A DNA stretch of 64,000 bases, from contig CBFDEM010000030.1 in NCBI GenBank assembly GCA_965603825.1, positions 496,001 through 560,000 on the forward strand. The letters run 5' to 3'. This document shows positions 37,941 through 50,401 of this stretch, piece by piece. This DNA is from Blepharisma stoltei ATCC 30299 (lineage: Eukaryota; Protista; Ciliophora). The position numbers were made by a program, and so were the translations under genes. Within the stretch, counting starts at the first letter, position 1; each line of letters starts with the position of its first letter. The notes under the pieces are model-generated. The model was given only the letters and a program-made list of their open reading frames with translations, made no database searches and was not told where the DNA came from.

Positions 37941-39638
37941 ATGGGAAACGAGCAAAGTCATGATTTCTCTCAATGTGGGGAGCATCGTCCTCGTGCAGCA
38001 AATACAGTACTGAACAGGCCTTGTCAGGTATTAATTCAGCTTTCCTCTGATATTCCTCAAATTAAAAGAAGCAAAATACTGTTATCCTACATTACAAATG
38101 ATAATATAATTATAGCAGTAGATGCTCATGGTGCTTCAAGCTACATTCTCGAGTCTGGCACACAGCGTGAACAATATATTTTAGAGCACCCAAATTACGT
38201 TGTGTCTGCTTATTACAGTCATGACAATCTAATTCTTGCCCTGAACATCGGAATTTTTGTGATTTTGGATTCGAATTTATTAAGCTTCGTCAAGGAAATA
38301 AAACCTCTTGCTTTGCTGCCTGGGATAATAACTGCTATGTGTGAAGGGCCTGGAAACTTGTTAATTGCTGGCCATTCTTCAGGCGACGTCACTATGTGGG
38401 ATATTCAAAGTGGGAAGATTATTGATGAGTTTCACTCAGGGTATCCGCCTACAGCAGTTTCTAGTATGGTTTACTCTCACAAATACTCAGTCATTATAAC
38501 TGGATTTGATAATTTATCGGTGAGATCTACAATGCTAGCTAATATTAAACCTGTTAGAGCATTTTCAACAAAAACTGATAGAAGGGTTGTTGATTTGCCA
38601 GGAATTAATGGAAGATGCTCAGGGCTAGCTGTTTATGACCAGAGAAACATTGTGGTGGGGCTGGATTCTACTAATAGAACTTTATTTGTATGGGATTTTA
38701 TAGGTGGCTATCAGCTTTTAGCAACTGAAATCCCACCGATTTTTGATAGAAATATGCCAATAGTGCTACAAAGTATATCTACTTTTGCCGATGATGATTC
38801 AATTGCAATAGGATTTTCTAATAATAAAGTTGTTTGGGGTGAAATTTTATATGATGATAGCCAGCTGAAATATTTTTTCAAATGGAAAGGAAAATCGTCA
38901 ATTGACCGAGATGGAGAACCCTCAACAATTCACTATTGCCGACATTTAGATTCCTTTGCTATTGGAAATTCTAAATCTCAAGTATATGTTTTTCACAATT
39001 TAAGTGACCTGTTCTACCAGAATTCCAAAGCTCCACCTATGTTTTCTTTAAAATCTTATCAGCCAAAAGTCCAAAAGCTAGAAAAACAAGAAAATTTGCC
39101 TATTGTTTCTGTAGGGCCTTTTCAAATCAAACCCAGAGGATCTAGTGTGCATAAAGATGAAGAACAAGAAAAAGTTCAGCCTATTAATAATGTTATAGAA
39201 GAGCAAAAAGCTCCAAGAACAGTTAGCGAAGAAACGCTTAAAAAAATACGTGAAAGGGTTGAAGGCAAGAAAAAACCTAAAAAAGTCGAAGAACCAAAAG
39301 CTGAGGCTACAGATCCTTTAGATACTCAAAAACCTGTCGAAGTTAAATCTCCAGAAGCCAAAGAGCCTGCAGAAATACCTCAACCTATCCAAACTACTCT
39401 GCCCCAGCCTGCCAAGCCAGAGGAATCTCCTTCCAAATCACCCCCCAAGCCTGAAATAAAGAAAAAAATAACCCCATTCCAACGATTTGTCCAGTCTAAA
39501 AAATCAGAATTTCTCTCAGAAGACCCCTCTCTTACACACAAACAAATAGTCTTAAAAGCCACCGAGCTTTGGGGTCTTCTCAATGAACAAGAAAAGCATC
39601 TCTATGAAGAAGACCGAGCTCCTGACCTTACAAGTTAA
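37941..39638 (+). CDS. WD40-like beta-propeller protein with a C-terminal HMG-box-like motif
   Basis: First ATG at 37941 (MGNEQS); GHSSGDVTMWD and LFVWD repeats; C-terminal KKKITPFQRFV...DPSL....IV....ELWGLL.EQEK..YE. Confidence 0.75.
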   Translation: MGNEQSHDFSQCGEHRPRAANTVLNRPCQVLIQLSSDIPQIKRSKILLSYITNDNIIIAVDAHGASSYILESGTQREQYILEHPNYVVSAYYSHDNLILALNIGIFVILDSNLLSFVKEIKPLALLPGIITAMCEGPGNLLIAGHSSGDVTMWDIQSGKIIDEFHSGYPPTAVSSMVYSHKYSVIITGFDNLSVRSTMLANIKPVRAFSTKTDRRVVDLPGINGRCSGLAVYDQRNIVVGLDSTNRTLFVWDFIGGYQLLATEIPPIFDRNMPIVLQSISTFADDDSIAIGFSNNKVVWGEILYDDSQLKYFFKWKGKSSIDRDGEPSTIHYCRHLDSFAIGNSKSQVYVFHNLSDLFYQNSKAPPMFSLKSYQPKVQKLEKQENLPIVSVGPFQIKPRGSSVHKDEEQEKVQPINNVIEEQKAPRTVSEETLKKIRERVEGKKKPKKVEEPKAEATDPLDTQKPVEVKSPEAKEPAEIPQPIQTTLPQPAKPEESPSKSPPKPEIKKKITPFQRFVQSKKSEFLSEDPSLTHKQIVLKATELWGLLNEQEKHLYEEDRAPDLTS

Positions 39639-39670
39639 TTCTTGTCTATTAGTTAATGCTTTTTAATTAA

Positions 39671-40930
39671 TTAAGCTTGGACATCTGATAAGAAAAGCGC
39701 CCCAGGAAGTTCTTTTCCTTCCATAAGTTCTAAGGACGCTCCACCTCCAGTGCTAATATGGCTAATTCTGGCTACATCAGCTCCCATGCTCTGGACAAAG
39801 GCTGCAGTGTCTCCACCTCCTACAATACTGACTAGTCCTCTGGTAGCAGTTCCTTCAATAATTTCATTGAAAAATCGTGTAGAGCCAGCTCTAAAAGCAG
39901 AATTTTCAAATACACCAGGAGGCCCGTTCCATACAACAGTTTTAGCTCTTCTTATAGCTTCTGCCATCTGGTCAGCTGACTGTGGGCCGATATCCATACC
40001 AATCCATCCTTCTGGGACTGCTCCAGCTGTAGTTTGGACGTTGCAGCCTTCTTGGAATTTATCTCCACACACAAAATCAATCGGCAAATGGATCTGGACG
40101 CCTTTTTCTTGGGCTTTTTTCATGATGCTTTCTACAATTTCAGCTCCTTCAGGGTCGTAAATTGAATTTCCGATTTCCATGTTTTCGAGTCTTTTTTTGA
40201 AGGTAAAAGCCATGCCTCCTCCAATGATCATTTCGTCACAGATGTTTAAGAGGTTGGTGATGAGCTGGATTTTGTCTTTAACTTTGGCACCTCCCATGAT
40301 TACCAATAGAGGTCTTTCTGGATTTTCTAATGCTCTTGAGAAGTATTCGAGCTCTTTTCCCATGAGGAGCCCAGCTGCACGGACTGGAAGCTTGATACCA
40401 GTCATCGAGCTGTGAGCTCTGTGGGCTGTCCCAAAGGCGTCGTTGATAAAAATGTCTCCAAGAGATGTCAAGCAGTCTCTGAAAGCTTCGACTGCTTCTT
40501 TGGATGGTTTCACTTTGTTGCCTTGGGCATCTTTTCCTGCTCCTTCTTCTTCAGGATGGAATCTAAGATTCTCAAGTAAGATGATGGTGCCTGGGGCTGG
40601 GTCAGCGCACTCTTTGACGACATCATCGCCAACACAGTCAGGAAGAAAAGTTACAGGTCTTCCTAATTGACGCTCCAGCTCAGCTGCTACTGGTCTTAAT
40701 GAGGATTTTGGCTCAACAAGGCCATCTGGTCTGCCTAAATGGCTCATTAACACTATACTTTTCGGATTGTGCTCAAGGACTCTGTTAATTGTTGGAAGGG
40801 TTGCAACGATTCTGGTAGCATCAGCGACTCTGCCGTCTTTTAGAGGAACGTTGAAGTCGGCTCTAATGAGGACACGTCTGCCTGGGATTTGTTCAAGAAC
40901 ATGCTCAAGTCGAAGTTTCCTAGCCAACAT
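39671..40930 (-). CDS. PGK: phosphoglycerate kinase
   Basis: RADFNVP, MSHLGRP, LLENLRFH.EEEG, NDAFGTAHRAHSS, GGAKV.DKI, GGGDT and STGGGASLE motifs; ATG at 40930. Confidence 0.97.
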   Translation of the reverse strand: MLARKLRLEHVLEQIPGRRVLIRADFNVPLKDGRVADATRIVATLPTINRVLEHNPKSIVLMSHLGRPDGLVEPKSSLRPVAAELERQLGRPVTFLPDCVGDDVVKECADPAPGTIILLENLRFHPEEEGAGKDAQGNKVKPSKEAVEAFRDCLTSLGDIFINDAFGTAHRAHSSMTGIKLPVRAAGLLMGKELEYFSRALENPERPLLVIMGGAKVKDKIQLITNLLNICDEMIIGGGMAFTFKKRLENMEIGNSIYDPEGAEIVESIMKKAQEKGVQIHLPIDFVCGDKFQEGCNVQTTAGAVPEGWIGMDIGPQSADQMAEAIRRAKTVVWNGPPGVFENSAFRAGSTRFFNEIIEGTATRGLVSIVGGGDTAAFVQSMGADVARISHISTGGGASLELMEGKELPGALFLSDVQA

Positions 40931-41191
40931 TTTTATTATATCTGAGATTAAAAGATGGCCAAAATCTAGAATGGGATACACTAGTAAATAAGCGGAAGAA
41001 AATTGTGTGGGGCTATATGAAATATTAAGAAATTTGATAGGAATTGCAAAATTTTTAATAGAAAATTAGGCAAATTGTGAAATTTTTAAAGATAATATAT
41101 TAAATTATTAAAATTGGTTAAAATAAAAATATAATTTTATTTTTTTGTTAAAAATTAAAAATTTGAAATATGAAAATTTCGTTAAAATTAA

Positions 41192-42586
41192 ATGGAAAAT
41201 GAAATTCAAATATCTGAATTATCTCTTTTAAAATGTGAAGAATATGTCGAGCCAACCCCAATAGAAAGATTTAAATTGAGTTTTATTGAACTTTTACACT
41301 CCCCATTTGACTTATTTTATTTATTTTTGATAAAAATAATTGGATACAGTGGATTTTCCATTTTAACTGTATGCGGATCTATATATGTGACTAAAGTAAT
41401 AGGATTATCCGATAAAGAATATGGGCTTTATGCTTTAGGACTTGGAGGAATGTCTTGTTTATATGCATTTACTTTAGGCATAATCCCAGACCGTCTCGGT
41501 ATCCGATTTTCTATGATAATTTCAAGCACAGCTGGCATAGTTTCCTATCTCCTCTTAATCTATTTAAATGACCCAAATCTCCAAATCCTAACCATTCTGA
41601 TCCTTTTTTCTATTCCTCTCAGCATAAATGTCCCAGCATCTAAGCTTGGAATAAAAAAATATACAAACACCCACGCAAGAAGTATAGCTTTTTCCATTTT
41701 TATCATTCTAGTGTTTGCCTGTGGCGGAATTGCAGGAATTATTGTAGGTTTTGGGCTGAATTTAGGTAGTGATGAAGAAGAAGAGACTTATATTAGCCTT
41801 TTTTGAATCGCTGTAGGACTAATGATGGTAGCATTGGTATTATCATTTTTTCTGAGAGAACTAGACTATAATATGAGAGGAAATCAGGAGCTTCAAATAA
41901 AATGAAATGGTGAAAGTGTTTGGGAATCAGCAACAGCAAGTTTTCAATATAAATCCTTCTGAAGAGTTATGGCTGTAGCTTTTGCTGTATCATGCGCAAG
42001 GTCTGTGTACTTGCATCTTACAATTACACTACCTTTATATATGGAAAGAGATATTAAATCTGGATCACAATTTGGGTATATCATTGCTTTAAATCAATTT
42101 TTGTCTTTAATTTTTTGCCCGACACTGACCATGCTAGTCTATTATATAGATAAATACACACTTTTATTGATAGGCTGCACTATTAGTGCTTTATCTCCAC
42201 TAGTTTTATTATATGAAGCAAGCTATACAACGGTGATTATTTTTGTATTGTGTGCTTCATTTGGAGAAAGTATTCATTTTCCAAGGCTTATTGAATATAC
42301 CTTGGAATCAGCAGCAAAAGGCAGAGAAGGAGCTTATTTTTCGATTTCGAATTTTCCTATATCAATTGGATATATGTTTGCAGGACTTGCTAGTGGGCTG
42401 CTATTAAATGAATATTGCCCAGAAGATGGAGAAAGACAATGCTGAATGGTTTGACTTGTAATATCATTGATGGCTATGTGTGGAGTTTTAGTATTATTTT
42501 TCTGTAGAAAATGGATAGAGCAGCCTTTATCAGAGTCAAACCCTTATATGCCTTGGTCTGAGGAAAATATTGATGATGGCTTGTAA
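41192..42586 (+). CDS. MFS transporter, 464 aa
   Basis: About 12 TM segments, G..PDRLGIR motif A; joined through five TGA codons to TAA 42584-42586. Confidence 0.85.
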
Positions 42587-42674
42587 GTTTAATTTAAATT
42601 ATTGTAATTTTTTATAAAACTCAACTATAAAATATATCAAAAATATGCAAAAAGTAATGTTACTATAAATTTAG

Positions 42675-43553
42675 TTACAAAATATTTTCTTGTTCTTTTA
42701 TTTGTTTGAGTACTGGAGATACCCTAGAAGAAAACATAGCATCAAAATAGCTTTTCATCTTAGAAATAGCATCATTATATTGGCCAAGTTTATTCAATGA
42801 AGCTTGATACTCATCTCTCAGCCGAATTACTTCAGCACTCAACACTTTTTTATGTCTCTTTAATTCTAGCTTTTCTTTGTCTGAAGCTGCAATTTCATTC
42901 CTTAAGCTTTCAAGCTCATTTTTATGCTGTTCTGACAATGAAGCTATAGTACTTTGAGCATCAATTGAAGAGCTCTTTTCAGCTTCATATTGTGCTGAGA
43001 TTAATGCAATTTTAGCAATGGTTTTGCTATTTATTTGTTTTTGGACGCGAAGCTCATCATTTAACTTGTCAATCTCTTTATTCATTTCTTCGATTTTTTT
43101 CTCTTGTTGTAAAATTTGATTTGCCAAAAAGTTTTTTACTATATTCGCCTTTTTAAGTAAAATTAATGGGTCTCCTCCAGAAGATATTTCAATTTCTGGC
43201 TTTTGTTTGGATTCTTCAAAATCTGATTGAGATTGTGATGGTGGCAGAGTAGATGCTCTTGTTCTAGGGCTTCTTTTCGAGAGAATTGTATACAAGCTGA
43301 CCTGAAAACGCCTAGACATTACTATACTATTGAAATATTTGCAGGACTCAGTTATTGCAGGGATATCTGTGATGAAATCTAAATAAAGGAAAATTTTTCG
43401 AAGGACATGCTTTGGGATCATATGAATCATTGACAATTTTTGGTAATCGGCAGGATTAGTTTGTGTTTCTTTAGAGTCTGTAAATGATTTCTCTTTGAGA
43501 GTTGAATAAAGCAAGCTTAAAGTGTCAACTAAATTGCCAATCTCCTCTTCCAT
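42675..43553 (-). CDS. F-box-like and coiled-coil protein
   Basis: IPKHVLRKIFLYLD...SCKYF F-box-like motif; long C-terminal coiled coil; ATG at 43553. Confidence 0.7.
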   Translation of the reverse strand: MEEEIGNLVDTLSLLYSTLKEKSFTDSKETQTNPADYQKLSMIHMIPKHVLRKIFLYLDFITDIPAITESCKYFNSIVMSRRFQVSLYTILSKRSPRTRASTLPPSQSQSDFEESKQKPEIEISSGGDPLILLKKANIVKNFLANQILQQEKKIEEMNKEIDKLNDELRVQKQINSKTIAKIALISAQYEAEKSSSIDAQSTIASLSEQHKNELESLRNEIAASDKEKLELKRHKKVLSAEVIRLRDEYQASLNKLGQYNDAISKMKSYFDAMFSSRVSPVLKQIKEQENIL

Positions 43554-43689
43554 AATAAATATCAAATACTTGTGAAATAATTATCTTAATATATTCTTAT
43601 ATTAAAATTAGCATGAGTTAATATAGGAATTTGTATAAAATTAATAAAGAAATCGCTCTCATTTTTCTTTAGATAAATATATTGACCGG

Positions 43690-44502
43690 ATGGAAGAGCT
43701 TGAAAAAGAACACAAAAAAGCCACAGAAATCCCTCTCTTCAGCATTCGTCGAAAAGAAAAAGCTACTATTTTTAGTCTTAATTTATCCAAAATCAGCTGA
43801 TTTATTATTTTCCCTATGTTTGGGTTTATCTATGCAAACATTGCATTTGCCTGTCTTACAAATTTTTCATGTTTGCAATTTCTACCTACGCCTTTGTACT
43901 TAGGCTGCTTTAGGGGGCATGATAGGCTTTTTATTGTTGCTTGCACATATTTTGCAGCAATATTGGTTCTATTGAATTTGTCTACCTATTCTTACTTTAA
44001 AGCAAAAGTATCACCAGTGACGAGAAAAGGATTATTTATATTAGGATTTTCTTTATCAGTAGTATTAGCACTAATAGGGTTAACTGACGAAGCTACAGGT
44101 GCCCATACAATTCCACTTGAGGAGATAAACTATTACTTAGTTTTATATTTCAAAATTGGAAGCTTAATCTGGATCGGCCAAGTTTATTACTCATTCCGAA
44201 AAAATCAAGATTTATTAAACCCTAACTCAAAATCTTGGCTTAGGAAATTCGAAACCTTTCTTGCAATTTTTGGAATTTTAGCACTCAGCATTATTTTTGA
44301 GCAGTCTTATTTATCATTTGACAGTGAGTTATCACTTGTAAGCGAAAACATTGAAGCATTATTAGAATGGGTCTTTCTCGGATTAATAACCCTCATGCCT
44401 GCAGTTATCATGCAAATTTTTAAAGGCCATGTGCTTGAGTTCGCAATTGATAAGTCACAAGACACTGAAGGAGTTGAGCTAAAGCGAATGGAAAACCCAT
44501 AA
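43690..44502 (+). CDS. Frag1/DRAM/Sfk1-like membrane protein
   Basis: ATG 43690 in frame through one TGA; about 6 TM segments; PTPLYLG and ALLEW motifs. Confidence 0.65.
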
Positions 44503-44530
44503 TTAATTTCTTATTATAACGAAAATATGC

Positions 44531-47500
44531 TTATCTCCATTTAAAGTTATCTCTTCTTTCTTTAATAGCTGCACTGAGCTTCTTAAAATCTTCTTGATAC
44601 TCTTGAGGGATTAATGTGCACATGCTCCATGCATTTTTGGTGTCCTGGCCGATTTTATGTATCATAGGGTTGTAGACAAAAAAGAAGAATAATAATGAAA
44701 ATATGGCATAAAGGGCCATTAACAAGTTTTGCCAAACAGTCATTTGCTGCTGTTGGTCTTTATAGTCAGATTCGTATAAGTCTGAAGAATAAGTCAATGG
44801 ATCATACAAATAATGGTTATCAAGATTTCTGAACAATGTCATATCGTTACCATTCCAAATCCACTGAACTGCTGATAAGGTATAATTGTTGGCATATTTC
44901 AAATTTTCTATTTGTAATAATAAGGTTCTGCCTAGTGTCGTATATGTCCCTAAAGCGCTGTGAAGACCTTGCATCATACAGCCATCTCCAGCAGTTGTGC
45001 AGTCTTCTAAGTTTCTGATCAACGGAGCTGCACAAGCGTTGTCGAATAGGATGTTGTCATGTTTAGAGCTTCTGGAATCGGTTGAGCTTAGCCGTTCATC
45101 ACTGTTTCCGAAAATCAATGAGTTTTCAACGTAATCTAGCTCGTCAAGGGCAATCTGAGCAACTGTGTAGCCTGTTCCTACATCTTGTCCCATTGGTACA
45201 ACATATTTATAACCAACTCCAGTTATATTTTCAAATAATGTTTCAGTCACCCACATATTAATAGTCCTTGATAGCTGCCTTCTTCTGCTTGCCCAGTTCA
45301 CGTGTGGTGGCTCTTCTTGAAGAATTGAGCCTACAGACTCAAATCCAGTATAATAAATCAAATAAAAGTACACAACACTGATAATAAAGAAACAAGCCAA
45401 CTTAATCACAATAATTTTCCTTTGTTTAGGATCATAAGCTAGCACACGTTTCTGTTCGACTACATTTTTCTTTTTCTTTGACTTATCCCCGTTCCTGTCT
45501 CCTTTGCTAGTTTTGCTGTCATTTCTTTTGCCTTCATCTTTTGCTTTATCTTCATCATCTTTTTGATCATCTCCATTAAGTTCTTCAAGCTCCATATTGG
45601 CTTGTTCATTTAGAATCGTAAGCCTATCAGAGCATTTCGCCTTCATAACTCTACAAACATACCCAGGTATTTCAAAGAAAATTTCCCAAATTTCTTTTTT
45701 TGACTTTTCTAGAACTCTTATAGCTGGAATTACTGCAAAGCCAGCACAGAAGCAGAGAAGTAAAATTGATACCAAAATAAGCATGATAGCCACAATTCTT
45801 TCCGACTCTAAGTCGTTTAAGGCAGCATCTACATAATAAATCGCTGAATGGTTGATGTATTGCAAAGTTTCACCATTCCCATTTCTATACAAATAAAAGG
45901 CCCTTCTGTTAGTTAAATTGACTAGCGTGCTATTATACTCCACATTCAATAAATAAGCTTGCAAAATAAAATTAGAAGTGGCATCAAATAGGTTGCTTTG
46001 GATTTCTCTGACAGTTTTCCCTTCCAGCAGCCAGGTCGAAATTTCTTCATTTGTATACACGACTTGATCTGCGTCACTCAGGAGCCCATATTTTGTATAC
46101 ATAACTAGATTGGTATTATGCATATCGGTAGTGTCACTAGCCAGCCATTGGAAAAATAGTTCTCTGTCAGTATTTGGGACATACCCAAAATCCATAAATG
46201 AAATAATTCTGGTATAATAGGCTATACTTTGGGTGTACATTCTCAGCAATCCTACCAAATTGACGTAATGTGATAATTTTTCATTGAAATCAACTGAGTT
46301 GGTAATGATCTGGAAAGTCATAATAGAAGTGACGATAAGAACAATAATAGTTAAAATCAAGGTCAATTTGAAACGGAGGACGTATTTTCTTGTTCGGCTG
46401 AATTCATACGCAACGAGAGCTTTAATTGATTTATTGAATTGAGCAAGAGAAGCCATAGAAGAGTTCATGCTTTTTGACGAACTATGAGCGCTTTGTCCAT
46501 CAAGTCCACTGTGATCTTCTTCTTTAGGGTCAGTGTGGCTGTAGCCTTCACTGTGGTCTTCGTCATTTTCGCTTGAAGACTTTTCTGACTCTTCTTCCTC
46601 TTCTTCCTCTTCTTCTCCATTTTCTTCTTCAGATCCAGATTTACTATAAGAATTTTTCCCACTTTCATCCGATGATTTACTGTCTTGGCTTTTACTTTGG
46701 CTTTCTTCTGATTCTTCACTTTTCGAATTTGATGATTTTGACTGTGAGCTCTTAGAATTTGATCCTTTAGACCCTAAATTAATCAAATCTTTAGATGGCG
46801 GCTTGTTTTCTCCTAGCTGCTTCTTATCATAATATTTTTTCTCTTCTTCATCAGGCACGTTCAATCCTGCGAATTTTTTGCCTTTTAAGCTGTCCAGCTC
46901 ATCTGCAATCCCAGAAATCCCCACTACCTTTGTAGCTTCTAAGTCAGACCCACTTCCTGATAAGTCTTCAGCGCTGCTGTCTTCTTCTCCAGAGTCCTCC
47001 TCGCTGCTTTCTTCTTCGCTTGACCCTGAAATTTCTTGGCTTTCACTTGACTCTAATGGTCCACCCATATTTGGTGGTGTCGGTGGAGATTTGCCTGATT
47101 TACTTTTTTGTTGGGTGTTAGAGTCAGTAGAGTCAAGTTCCAGATTTATGTCCATATGGTTTACTGGGTCTGATTTTTGGTTGAATATATTAGAATTCGG
47201 GAGAACTGTGCTTACAGATTTACTTTCTTTTTCGTCCTGGCGGGTGTAGTCTCCTTTTTTGGTTTCTTGCTTATCTAAAACTTCTACTTTGAGGAGATGG
47301 GCAGACTGTTCACCAATTTTAAGCTCGCTTAAGCGCAGTTTGAGGTTATTTACAGTTTTTTCGTGCTCGTGGGTGTAGTCGTAGCCGTCTTCGCTCATCA
47401 TTGCTTCTTTGTTGTCTTCGAATTTTGTGATGATATTATAAATTTTTTGTTCAGAGTTTTTAGTATTGCCTAAGTCAAAAATTTCTGAGCAATGCTGGCT

Positions 47501-49717
47501 GTAGCCAGTGATTACCCAGTCTTTGTTCATTATAACTATTTCGTATTTTGGGTTTGTAGGCTTTATGATTGCTGATAAGAAAGGAGGCTGCCCGTCGTTA
47601 GGGACGACTTTTACTAGAAGTCTTCCTTCAAAAATATTGTTGTTTTTGTTAGCGAAATACAAGATAAGGTGCTGATTGTCTATAATTGAGTAATTTCCGG
47701 ACTCATGGAATTTCTTAATATATTCGTCGTGGGACTCTGAAAATGGGGATGGGATTATTAATGAAATGTTACGACCGATCAACTCAGCTGATAAATATCC
47801 TAAAAGCTGACAAGCTGATGCATTAGCCTTTTGGATTTCACCTAAAGTTTCAAAATCTCCAGAAACCCTAATAATTGCGTTGTCAGCGTCAAAAAAGGAT
47901 AGAGGCTGATTTAAGCTGTTCATGACGTTTGCATTGAGGTTTTTCTGTTGGGCTTCTTCTTGCATTTCAGCCTTATTCAAGTACCTTTGTCCCATTTCTG
48001 AAAAATTGTTTAAGCTGCTTAAAAACCAGCCATACATTCTTAGTGCCTGAGTATTCTTTGAGTTCAGCTTCAGCAATTTTTGATAGTTTCCTTTAGCAAC
48101 AATAATCATTTTTGCAGTTTCTCCTGCTAATTTGCTCAATTTTTGGATTTTTGGAGCTTTGGACTCAAGTTCAGCCCAGAAATAAAACTGAGACCTTGTT
48201 ACAGATTCGTCATTTTTCTGAGCGTTCTGGAAGGCTTTTTCGAATAATTCGTAGTCATAAGCATCATCTTTCATATGAGCTTTATAGAAGCTTTCTGAGG
48301 TTTTTCTGAAGTGGTAAAGCATATATTGGGAGTCTAATTTGCTGGCAATCATAGTCCCTTTAAAGCATTGGACCATAGATAAAATATAATTTTCAAAAAT
48401 ATGCAATTGGATCAGCCCTGACCACAAATATAAAAATTCCGCATTTGGGAATTTTTTGAACGCTTCGTTATATACAGTTTCAATTTCAGTAAAAGTTTCA
48501 GCCTGCAACGCTTTAAGCTCCTCATTTTCTTCTTCATTATTAGCACCATAAATTGATTTAGCATATTTGCTTTTAGCTTCTTCTAGCTTCAGTACAAGCA
48601 TTCTTACCTTGATTTCTACCTGATAAGGATTGGTTAATTGCTGGATTTTTTTCTCAGCTAAATTTTTGCACCTTTTGTTCATAGCAAGCTGAGTAATCTG
48701 TATTAAGCAAGGAGTAAGGAAGTAAAACAGCATAGTGACTGAAGAATTCGTTTGGTCAGTGCTTTTAAAGAACTCTCCAATTATCATACAAAAAACAGCT
48801 GAAGTAAACGAAACAATTGCGCCTAAGCGGATATGGCACATACGAAGGTTATAATAAGGCACATATTGGATCATAGCGTAGCTTATGATAATTCCAAGAG
48901 CCAAGCATACAATTAAAAACAAAATGACTTTTCCTGCTGTTGTAATAAAATAGTAGGAAAAAATCAAGCCGACATATGAGCTTAATCTTAAGAGCTTGAG
49001 TCTGCAGTGGGGTTTTCCCATAAAGCCGCCACAGATTTGGCAAAAATCGAAATACAGCATAGAGCAGAGAATAATGACTCCGAAATAGACAACACTTCCA
49101 GCGACATAAATCATCATAAATTGATACCCAACTGGCAAGTCTAAACAGTTATCATCAGTTGCAATAGAGCATCTTATAGCAAAAGCTAAGGTGTCGATGA
49201 TTGGGATAAACAGCAGATTTGTCATCAAAGTTATCAAGGCTTTAAGGATCTTTAGCAGAAAGCTCATAATAGAGGAAAAATTTTTATTTTCTATAGCAAT
49301 AAACACACCAATCCCTACAAGAGACGCCAGTAAAAATCCTCATATCCCAAGCAAAACCATGAAGCCAGTGATACTGCCTCTCAGATATCGGTCAACTCTG
49401 AAAACCCAGCACACATCAATAAGTCAATTGGTTTGGGACAAATTTCAAGGACTATCGCTATCATATGGTCCCAGCTTATTATAACTTCCATCATTAAGTA
49501 CAAGGGTTAGAAGCTGAAGGCCTTCAATCGCAATCATAACCATGTGGTAATGAATAGGGATGGCAACCTTTAAGGTGTTAAGTCTGAAAAATAATGAAAA
49601 AAGCCTTGATTTGAGGAGCTTTAAAATTTGGTCTTTGGAGTCCCCGCTGGCCTCTTCATTTTCTTCTTCGTCACCGTGGTTTTTCAAATATTCAATTTCG
49701 TCAACGTGACCTTGCAT
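44531..49717 (-). CDS. TmcB/TmcC-like multi-pass membrane PAS-domain protein, 1728 aa
   Basis: Joined through three TGA codons. YVPYY, FWAEL and PAS (N.SAC.LLGY...ELIGRNI..IIP.PF...H) motifs; Ser/Glu-rich linker; C-terminal TMs. Confidence 0.87.
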
Positions 49718-50401
49718 TTATATTTATATAATGAAAATCAGAAACATAAAGCATTCTTTAAGGAGTTTATTAAATTATTAAGAAAAGCCGAGGATTAGTG
49801 ATATGGTTAAAATATAATTAAGAGGTTTTTTCAGTAAAGCAGGGGTTATGATAGTTAATGGAATAAAAAACAATTTATTAATGTATAGCGAGATCTGCGA
49901 TTGGCTTGTGTCTTTCCTGATGCCTCCTGAGGAAGTATGGTGGGATTTAACTATAAATGACGGTAAGCCAGCTTATGATTGCAATTCTGCAATATTTATC
50001 GGATTAAGTCCTTAAAGCTGTTTTGCCAGCAATATTGGGAAAACCAACTCCTCAGTTGCCTCAGGAGATTTATTAAGAGAGTAAGCAATAATATAAGCTA
50101 TTAAGATGATAGATAAACTTATCTGATGAAAAATAATGCAGCATCATGTAATGCTAGCCAGCAGATGTGCACACATTAATTCTGAACATCCAAAATAAGA
50201 CATACGATCTGATTTATTTATAAATTTCTGATAGCTTTTTAAGCCATAAAACTATCCTCAACTCTTATAGATTCCAAATACAAAATTTTTTTAATTTTTA
50301 ATTGCTTCTTATCTAACAAATTTTATTTATAAATAAAAATCAGAAATTTCTGTTATTAAATAAAAATACTTTTAAAAGAATTATTCAGCAAATATCATCT
50401 A

